NCBI GenBank assembly: GCA_964645535.1
Contig: CAZYCQ010000040.1
Span: 1 to 30,551, forward strand
Origin: an uncultured archaeon
GTDB taxonomy: Archaea; Asgardarchaeota; Heimdallarchaeia; Heimdallarchaeales; Kariarchaeaceae
Length of the DNA stretch: 30,551 bases
Reading direction: 5' to 3'
Position 1 is the stretch's first letter. Each line of letters begins with the position of its first letter. The notes beneath the pieces are model-generated. The model was given only the letters and a program-made list of their open reading frames with translations, made no database searches and was not told the origin of the DNA. Both the position numbers and the translations under genes were made by a program. Positions 1-6,829 of the stretch are shown in pieces.

Positions 1-2
1 AG

Positions 3-1199
3 GGTCCCCGTCCTTCTCCAGATTCTCTTGAAAGTGTATACGATTGTACCGCTAGTTATTTGGTTTATATCAACTGTCCGGATTGGTTATCTCATGTTCC
101 CATTGATGGTGATTACAAGAAGACAATCGTGGTATTTGACAGTGGTTTAACCGCTAATCAATGGGCTTCAATTCAGATTGGAGGAAACCAAAATCTCTAT
201 GGGGATATCATTTCCTATTGGACTTTAGATGCGGACACAGGGGAGATAGTTGCATATGGGGGTGATGGACCTGAAAGCACAGATTATCTTACTGGCATCG
301 GAGAAAAGCTTAGTCCTGAAGGCGTAACTCATGGCTTTTGGGTTATTTCTTCATTACTCACCATAGCTAGGGGTGCCAAAATCATTGTTGTGGATATTGC
401 TACGGATCTGGATAGCGATCCGGCAGGTTTACTAATTTCTGATCCGACTCTTTGGACTTGGCTTTCGTCAAATGTCTCTAAATTCAATATTGGTATATTT
501 ACCACTTCGCTTCAATGGCCTTACCTAACTCAGAGCATGGTTGATAATATCAACTCTTTATACTCTCAGCAGGTTTTCATGGTCACTGCTGTGGGCAATA
601 CTGGGAGAGACGAAAGTACGTCTCTTCCAAACAATTTAGAACAATTCTTTCCAGTTTCATCTATTGACCATGAGAACAGAGGGGAATGGAGGTCTATTGG
701 TGGAATTAATTTTTATGATGAAGATTATTATTCGGCTGAAGGTCATTTAAGTGGAGATACTGCGTATGGTCACACATACTGTCCAAATACTGACACAATT
801 CTTTGTTCATCATGGGGAAGTTCAATCCGCCCTGTAAGGTTTGCAATGCCTGGTCATTTTATCACATTAATGAGTGAATATATACAAGGCAGACCTTATC
901 CTGTTCTAATCCCTGGTACTAGTGTTGCCGCTCCCCTCCTTGCTGGTGCCGCTCTTGTTGCAATTTATGCCTATTCTAAAGGTTACTTTGAAACCAATGG
1001 TGTTTACAAGACTCCTTCTAGGACTAAACTTGTAGAGTTGCTGGAATCAGCGGGTTCTCAAGCGTCAAATCCAGATCAATACTTGGGAGTTGGATATGTT
1101 GACTTGGGGTCTCTTTATGCTTCTGCTTACTTGGCAGGTTTGAGCTGCAATTGTGAAGGTGGGGGTGGAGGAAGTGGCGGAGGCGGTTTTTGGAGGTAA
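3..1199 (+). CDS. S8 (subtilisin-like) serine peptidase, 5'-truncated by the window edge
   Basis: Frame is open from base 3 (GPRPSPDSLES...). Catalytic motifs in subtilase order: VVFDSG (Asp), THGFWV (His), AVGNTG (oxyanion Asn), GTSVAAPLLAG (Ser), followed by DQYLGVGYVD. Ends in CNCEGGGGGSGGGGFWR. Confidence 0.85.
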   Translation, partial: GPRPSPDSLESVYDCTASYLVYINCPDWLSHVPIDGDYKKTIVVFDSGLTANQWASIQIGGNQNLYGDIISYWTLDADTGEIVAYGGDGPESTDYLTGIGEKLSPEGVTHGFWVISSLLTIARGAKIIVVDIATDLDSDPAGLLISDPTLWTWLSSNVSKFNIGIFTTSLQWPYLTQSMVDNINSLYSQQVFMVTAVGNTGRDESTSLPNNLEQFFPVSSIDHENRGEWRSIGGINFYDEDYYSAEGHLSGDTAYGHTYCPNTDTILCSSWGSSIRPVRFAMPGHFITLMSEYIQGRPYPVLIPGTSVAAPLLAGAALVAIYAYSKGYFETNGVYKTPSRTKLVELLESAGSQASNPDQYLGVGYVDLGSLYASAYLAGLSCNCEGGGGGSGGGGFWR

Positions 1200-1206
1200 T
1201 GAAAAC

Positions 1207-1908
1207 ATGATGCGTAAGATATTTGTTTTGTTCTTGATAATTTTCATGTGTTCCACACTGGTTCGGGGATATCCTTATGATCCAATTGGTTCAGTTGAGG
1301 ACACGACAGTTCCTCTTGATCCTATTGTAGTCAACACTACTAAGCCGTACCAAATGAAGGTTCCGTCAGGAGATCAGCTTCATCTTCTTTTTCACTTTAA
1401 TGGTACTGAAGGCACTGGGTCGTTTACCTTCGCCTTGTTTCAGGTTGAAAATGCAACAGTTCCGGATCTACCTAATTTTCCAGAATATGAGAAATTGATT
1501 GATGAAGGTGGTGACATTGAGCTCAAGTCAGTAAATTTTACACAAAAGGTTCGACTTTCGTCGAGATATTTAAGCTCAAATAATTCGTCTTTACAATTGG
1601 TAACGGTTGATTCTGGAGAGACTTTGGATGGTATTGCATTTGACACTTTTTATGAAGCCAGTATCGGTAAGCGGCAATTGTATCCTGTTCCCTTGGTAAA
1701 TGAGAATAAATCTGAAGCTTTATTGGCAATTTATTTTGAAGGGCAGGGAGAAGGTCGGATTAATTTTATCGACTACCATTTGGATTGGTCTTTGGTCTTA
1801 CGCGGTGGTGATGAATTCGACACGTCTACTTTTGCTTCACCTTGGCCGGTCTTTCCTTCATTGGTGTTTTTCATTGCCTTAGTTCGGCGTAGGCGGATGA
1901 CTCAATAA
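1207..1908 (+). CDS. Secreted, C-terminally membrane-anchored surface (glyco)protein of unknown function
   Basis: ATG at 1207, downstream of GGAGG, gives signal peptide MMRKIFVLFLIIFMCSTLVRG. Several N-x-S/T sequons. C-terminal ASPWPVFPSLVFFIALV followed by RRRR. The track start at 1153 lies inside the upstream gene. Confidence 0.75.
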   Translation: MMRKIFVLFLIIFMCSTLVRGYPYDPIGSVEDTTVPLDPIVVNTTKPYQMKVPSGDQLHLLFHFNGTEGTGSFTFALFQVENATVPDLPNFPEYEKLIDEGGDIELKSVNFTQKVRLSSRYLSSNNSSLQLVTVDSGETLDGIAFDTFYEASIGKRQLYPVPLVNENKSEALLAIYFEGQGEGRINFIDYHLDWSLVLRGGDEFDTSTFASPWPVFPSLVFFIALVRRRRMTQ

Positions 1909-1954
1909 TGCAATTTTGGGTATGGGTCATTTCAGGAAGACTAAAAAGTGAGGG

Positions 1955-2395
1955 ATGCCATATTTACATATTACGGAACTGAAACTTAATTCTCTCTTTC
2001 GAATCCAGTGTTTGCTCCTGTTGCAGGAGGGTCCAAAGAGCGGATATGACATAGCGAAGCGTATCGGCGAGATGACTGGAACCAAGCCGAGTTCTGGGAA
2101 GATCTATCCGTTTCTCCATGAGCTTCGTGATTTTGGGTATGCCGAGGAGGTTTCGGAGGAGAATGTTTCTCGAGGCCGTGTGAAGTATCGTTTGACGGAT
2201 CGAGGCCGTGAGCTTGTGGATGAGTTGCTGGAGCGGATGGGGAACTTGTTGGATGCCCGTTTGGATCAGGTCTTGGAGACCTGTCATCATTGTGGTGTGA
2301 AGCTGTACGATGCAAAGGTTGTTGGGGTGGATTCCCATGGCAATGAGGTTGCGTACTGTTGTGTCCACTGTCGCGATGCGAAGGATCATCATTAG
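1955..2395 (+). CDS. PadR-family winged-helix regulator with C-terminal TRASH-like metal-binding domain
   Basis: PadR signatures LLLLQEGPKSGYDI, SSGKIYPFLHEL, VKYRLTDRG. C-terminal CHHC-x21-CCVHC fits the TRASH pattern CxxC-x(19-22)-CxxxC. Confidence 0.85.
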   Translation: MPYLHITELKLNSLFRIQCLLLLQEGPKSGYDIAKRIGEMTGTKPSSGKIYPFLHELRDFGYAEEVSEENVSRGRVKYRLTDRGRELVDELLERMGNLLDARLDQVLETCHHCGVKLYDAKVVGVDSHGNEVAYCCVHCRDAKDHH

Positions 2396-2706
2396 GCGTG
2401 GTGATGATGGTGACTGTGGAGGAGTTCACTGTCGCATGTGAGGCAGTAGTATTGTTCTTGACCGAGGATTTCTTTCCAGACGAGTTCATGTCCTGCGACT
2501 GAGAGTTTGTCCTTTCCATCCTGTTTTTCGAAGGGTTCAAATCCGAATTTTCTGTAGAATGCGGAAATCTCTCTTGGCTGTTCGCATGAGGTACAATATC
2601 CGAAGGTTTCAATCTGTCTGGTTCCGTTGTCGAGTTGGACAAGCAGGGTTTTCAATGGGTTTTTGCATTGATGGCATTTGGGCGGATTCATTCTAATGGT
2701 ATTCAT
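2392..2706 (-). CDS. Small Cys/His-rich metal-binding (zinc-ribbon) protein with poly-His tail
   Basis: Three CxxC motifs (CHQC, CTSC, CLTC) and C-terminal HSHHHHHA. Stop codon overlaps the PadR stop. Confidence 0.7.
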   Translation of the reverse strand: MNTIRMNPPKCHQCKNPLKTLLVQLDNGTRQIETFGYCTSCEQPREISAFYRKFGFEPFEKQDGKDKLSVAGHELVWKEILGQEQYYCLTCDSELLHSHHHHHA

Positions 2707-2741
2707 GATCTTTGCTCAAAAATCCTTTGGTTGCGGAATTC

Positions 2742-3194
2742 TCATTCCGGGATGAGTCCGTATTCTTCAACTTCCTGTTCGATAAGTTCTGCTCTTCTGA
2801 GGAGTTCATCCGCGATTGTCTGGTTGTGCTGGATGATTTCCGGGGCGATGTAGATTTCTCCTTGGAATTCTCTGGGCTTGCCGACGATGTCGACCAGTTC
2901 CCCGAGTTCGGCTTTTTCGATGATTTCGGTCTCGACCCATTGCTTGACCTTTATGGTTGCAGTACCGTCATCGATGGTGATGACTGCATATCTTTTGTTG
3001 TTTTGGCTGGTTCCGACATATTTTTGGACGACGGTTCCGAAGATTTCGACTTTATGGATTGACTGTCCCCTATATTTGAAGAATTTCTGCTCGTCAAATT
3101 CGAAGACCTCAAGTTGTTTCAGATCGCGTATCCTGAGTTTTTTTGCGGGTTTTCTTCTGAACCTGGATTTGGAGGACATAATTGGTCTGAGCAT
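2742..3194 (-). CDS. RPA2/RPA32-like single OB-fold nucleic-acid-binding protein
   Basis: RRKPAKKLRIRDL N-terminus, VEIFGTVV, ITIDDGTATIKVKQW and LVDIVGKPREFQGEIYI match the RPA2/Stn1-type OB fold. Alternative ATG at 3179. Confidence 0.75.
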   Translation of the reverse strand: MLRPIMSSKSRFRRKPAKKLRIRDLKQLEVFEFDEQKFFKYRGQSIHKVEIFGTVVQKYVGTSQNNKRYAVITIDDGTATIKVKQWVETEIIEKAELGELVDIVGKPREFQGEIYIAPEIIQHNQTIADELLRRAELIEQEVEEYGLIPE

Positions 3195-3253
3195 TGGTCA
3201 TCAAAAACTGTTCTGCTGGTTCGATGGAATATTGGTGAGTTGGGTATTTATGC

Positions 3254-3820
3254 TCAGTTGGGTACTGTTATGGTGTTGGTCTGTCCGCAGTGTTGGCATG
3301 TGATTTCATGTGTTCCTGCTGGCAGGTCTTTTCCTGCGATTTTTCGTGCACATTTGCAGACCCATCCCTTGAGTTTTGCGGGGTTGCCTGCGACAAGTGC
3401 ATGTGATGGGACAGATCTTGTGACAACTGCCCCTGCTGCAACCAATGCATATGATCCGATGGTATTGCCGCAGACGATGGTGGCATTGGCTCCGATGCTG
3501 GCACCGTCTTGGACAAGTGTTTTGACGATTTGCCAATCCCCGACAGCTCGGGGGTACAGATCATTGGTGAATGCAACATGTGGTCCTATGAAGACATTGT
3601 TGCCGACTGTCACTCCATTGTAGACGCTGACGAGATTCTGTACTTTCACATTGTCCCCAAGCGTCACGCCTGTATCGATATAGCTGCTTTTTCCGATGAT
3701 GACGTTTTTTCCGAGCCTGGCACCGTTCCTGACATGGGCAAAATGCCAAATCTTGGTTCCTTCTCCCACGAGAGCTCCTTTTTCGAGTTCTGCTGTGGGG
3801 TGGACAAATACCTTTTCCAT
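3254..3820 (-). CDS. Hexapeptide-repeat (left-handed beta-helix) sugar N-acetyltransferase, WbpD/WlbB-like, with C-terminal Zn ribbon
   Basis: FVHPTA...IWHFAHV, VFIGPHVAFTNDLYPRA, SIGANATIVCG, AGNPAKLKGWVCKC...CQHC. Start at ATG 3820 (MEKVFVH) preferred over the track start at 3871. Confidence 0.85.
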   Translation of the reverse strand: MEKVFVHPTAELEKGALVGEGTKIWHFAHVRNGARLGKNVIIGKSSYIDTGVTLGDNVKVQNLVSVYNGVTVGNNVFIGPHVAFTNDLYPRAVGDWQIVKTLVQDGASIGANATIVCGNTIGSYALVAAGAVVTRSVPSHALVAGNPAKLKGWVCKCARKIAGKDLPAGTHEITCQHCGQTNTITVPN

Positions 3821-3984
3821 AGGTGAACTTTGAAGTTGTGCTTGAAAACCTTGTGCAATGTGATGGAGCAAATAGTTCGCGACTTCCTAGTGATTCATGT
3901 GGCGTGTAGTGATTGTCAATCTCACAAACTATTTAATTAGTAGATTTTGCTAGGGACTTGCTATTCGATAGAGAGGAATTTTGA

Positions 3985-6009
3985 TTGAGACTCGTTAAGG
4001 TTAGTATCCTAATGGTTATTTTTGTAGCGCTTCTCGCTACTCCTGTTCCAGGGACATTTGGAAAGAATGGAATTGCAGATGGCGGTTCTGACGCCGCGGA
4101 TGTCCAACCAATGATTGTCAGACATCCTGCCGTCAACGAATCCATGTATGCTGAAGCCGCCGTGAATCGGACAATAACAATCAAAACTTCCGGTCGAGTA
4201 GTAGTCGAGGACAAGATTACGGTGTCCTTGGTTGATAATGGGACATTCCTCTATTCCATCAACTATTCTCTTCCCACAGTTTTCCAGAAATTTGTGGAGT
4301 CTTCGAAGTTCTTTGTACAGTACTTCGATGACATTGACATTGACGATGCCAACAACAGCCGAACACCGGAGGTTTTTGTCGGCAGGGAATTGACGACCTA
4401 CACCATTCCTGTTGACAACGATACCTTGCCAGTGAGTAATAATACGGTCTCGAGCATCCATATTTTGGCCATTCATGAAGCAGCTGACTTGATTTCCTGG
4501 AGCCTTCATGAATTTGAGCAGAGAGGGACGTTTGTGGCTCCAATTCGACCTCTGCTCATGAATTTCAATGTCACCACGGCAGATGCATCGGTTGTGTTTG
4601 AGACTACCGGTAATGTCTTCTCTGCGGAGAGTACTGGTGACTATCAATATAGGAACACCAAACTTGAATACAAGAACCTGACCTATGCATACTTTGATCC
4701 ATATCTGGGTGCAACTCCCGACTTGGATTATGCAACGGTGATCTTCGATTCAACAACAAAACAAGAGGCTGGAGACACCATTGTGGTTCCAAGTGTTTTC
4801 GAGAAAATCTCGCGATATGTCCGTTTTGATCCGTGGGGAAGGGTCTATGTAACAGAAACCTTCACGGTTCGACATACTGGTGCCCCTTTGGATCCCGACC
4901 GTCCCTCCTATCGAAGGCAGTACAGTTTAGGTGGTATTCTGGTCGGAGTCCCTGATGATGCTGTGGTCACTGATGTGTATGACGGCTTTGGTCGTCTGAA
5001 TCTTAACAAACGTAATGAATCCACGGGCTATCCTGAAGTCTTCGCTTCCAAGATCAAAGGTTACAAAGCTATTGAGGTCTCCTTCCGAAATGAGATTTTT
5101 GGTGGTGAGAAATATACCTTTACCGTTACCTACCGATTTGAAGCAGAAAAGCTTGTAGCCGTTGATGGGAATACCTACACCATGAACGCAACCGTGGCCT
5201 CGGTTTTCAACAGTACGGTCGAGAACTTGGAGGTTGTCTACCAGCTTCCTGAAGGTGCAAAATTCCAAGATCAGACCTATTATCCGAAAACTTCGAAGTC
5301 TATTATGGATGTGGGTCTCCGAACCTCTAGGTATACCCTAAGCATGTTTCGTCATGTCGAAATTGTCTATACGGGACGAAATGTTACTGAATTCGACAAC
5401 AGGAAATTCCAGATCACTTTCCAGTATTCAAGGGTTTATGCCCTGACCAGCATCCTGAACTATTTCGTCTGGACGCTTGTTGTCATTGGTGGTACCATGG
5501 GACTTCTTTACGGATATGCTCTTCTCCGAAGAAAGTTCAAGGTCGCTGACTTGGAGGAAATCGATGAGATCAAGACCGAAAACATTCCTGTTGCAGAGCT
5601 TGAGGAATTCTACAATGTGTATACTGAGGTTCGAACCATTACTGATCGGATTTATGATTACGATCAGAAATATTCCCGTGGCAAACTTTCAAAGAAAGAA
5701 TACACTGCCACGGTCAAAACTCTCAGGAAACGACTCAAGAGTCTGAACCAAAGATTGGACAAGGCTGTCCGTGTGGGCAATACTCTCCCGCAGAAGTACC
5801 GCAAGTTGATCAACAATGTCATGCTTGCCCATCAAAGATTGGCGGATATCCGAAGTTCCATAGAGAAGAACAACCGGAAGTACTTCCGTAAGGAAATCCC
5901 CAAGGATACCTATTTGCGACTCAATTCCGATTACACTGCTGAGATGCAGAAGCAGGAGGGTATCATTAACCGTAACCTGACAGAGATCACCCGATTGACA
6001 ACTTCCTGA
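3985..6009 (+). CDS. Ribophorin I (OST1/RPN1)-like oligosaccharyltransferase subunit
   Basis: Signal peptide; duplicated beta-sandwich domains. ISRYVRFDPWGRVYVTETFTVRHTGA and FRNEIFGGEK resemble, from recall, eukaryotic RPN1 RVIEVSHWGNIAVEE...KHTGA and RFPLFGGWK. Single TM, then a helical cytosolic tail. About 13 extracytoplasmic sequons. Confidence 0.85.
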   Translation: MRLVKVSILMVIFVALLATPVPGTFGKNGIADGGSDAADVQPMIVRHPAVNESMYAEAAVNRTITIKTSGRVVVEDKITVSLVDNGTFLYSINYSLPTVFQKFVESSKFFVQYFDDIDIDDANNSRTPEVFVGRELTTYTIPVDNDTLPVSNNTVSSIHILAIHEAADLISWSLHEFEQRGTFVAPIRPLLMNFNVTTADASVVFETTGNVFSAESTGDYQYRNTKLEYKNLTYAYFDPYLGATPDLDYATVIFDSTTKQEAGDTIVVPSVFEKISRYVRFDPWGRVYVTETFTVRHTGAPLDPDRPSYRRQYSLGGILVGVPDDAVVTDVYDGFGRLNLNKRNESTGYPEVFASKIKGYKAIEVSFRNEIFGGEKYTFTVTYRFEAEKLVAVDGNTYTMNATVASVFNSTVENLEVVYQLPEGAKFQDQTYYPKTSKSIMDVGLRTSRYTLSMFRHVEIVYTGRNVTEFDNRKFQITFQYSRVYALTSILNYFVWTLVVIGGTMGLLYGYALLRRKFKVADLEEIDEIKTENIPVAELEEFYNVYTEVRTITDRIYDYDQKYSRGKLSKKEYTATVKTLRKRLKSLNQRLDKAVRVGNTLPQKYRKLINNVMLAHQRLADIRSSIEKNNRKYFRKEIPKDTYLRLNSDYTAEMQKQEGIINRNLTEITRLTTS

Positions 6010-6041
6010 GAACTTATTTATCCCCCAACCATTCAATAGAT

Positions 6042-6752
6042 GTGTTTAATTTATTCAAACCCAAGCTTCCTGAAAAGCAGACCATTCCTCGAAGCAAAAA
6101 GGAATTGGAATTTCGGAGAAAATGGTATGAGAAGCGATTGAAGGGCGAGTTGATCACGGTCAAGGTTCCAGAAGAACTCAATGCGAAGATATTTCCTCTG
6201 ATCGGTCTGACTATTATGTTCGGAACTATGGCATTTGTGGTTTTGGCCTTTTTAACCCAGAATCTTCTCATCTCTGGACTTTCCTTTGTTGTTGCCTTCC
6301 TGCTTTCCCTGAAAGCTGTCATGAAACCCTATTCCGTGATCGAGTTTGATCCCGATTCTGAAAATTTCTCGTATTTTGGAATAATAACGCTTGGCGGAAT
6401 CCCGAAATATGGTGAATATATTGGTCCCATAGAGGCTGTTGAAGGTGTGCAGATTGCTTCTCCCCCTCGCGGACGGACAAAATTCATCCGTTTCATCACG
6501 AATACAGGATATCTGCGTCTTCCATATGACAAAGGTCTTACGGAAGATGCAAGAACAAGGTTGGTTGAGCTAGACATTCTTCCCAAGGATCTCAAGCTTG
6601 AGAACAATCCACGAAAGGACCCCAATGGTTGGAAGATCTTTTTCGAAAGAAAATTTGACCGAACTGAATTTTTCGAAAGGCTCAAGGAAGAAAGGCAACG
6701 TGAAAAAGAGGAAAGAGTTCGTGCCCGTCTTGAAGCTGGAAAAATTGATTGA
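6042..6752 (+). CDS. Hypothetical membrane protein (two adjacent TM helices plus soluble domain)
   Basis: 236-aa ORF filling the gap between ribophorin I and copA. Hydrophobic hairpin IFPLIGLTIMFGTMAFVVLAFL / LLISGLSFVVAFLLSL. Confidence 0.7.
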   Translation: MFNLFKPKLPEKQTIPRSKKELEFRRKWYEKRLKGELITVKVPEELNAKIFPLIGLTIMFGTMAFVVLAFLTQNLLISGLSFVVAFLLSLKAVMKPYSVIEFDPDSENFSYFGIITLGGIPKYGEYIGPIEAVEGVQIASPPRGRTKFIRFITNTGYLRLPYDKGLTEDARTRLVELDILPKDLKLENNPRKDPNGWKIFFERKFDRTEFFERLKEERQREKEERVRARLEAGKID

Positions 6753-6793
6753 GGAATCAATCTGAAATTCTTGGAATTGACCAAACAGTTTAT

Positions 6794-6817
6794 ATGTCAA
6801 AAAATGACATGTCATTT
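6794..6817 (+). promoter_or_regulatory. Putative copA operator overlapping the TATA box (TTTATAT at 6789-6795)
   Basis: ATGTCA-N5-TGACAT inverted repeat (6794-6810) interlocked with the perfect 16-bp palindrome AAATGACATGTCATTT (6802-6817). Followed by GGAGG and ATG 6830. Confidence 0.65.
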
Positions 6818-6829
6818 GGAGGCTTAGTG

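Noticed and set aside
1964-3826. Numerous long alternative-frame and antisense ORFs (e.g. 1986-2642, 2878-3303, 3114-3623)
   Set aside because: They overlap genes with clear family motifs and have no motifs of their own; higher GC and skew reduce stop-codon frequency.
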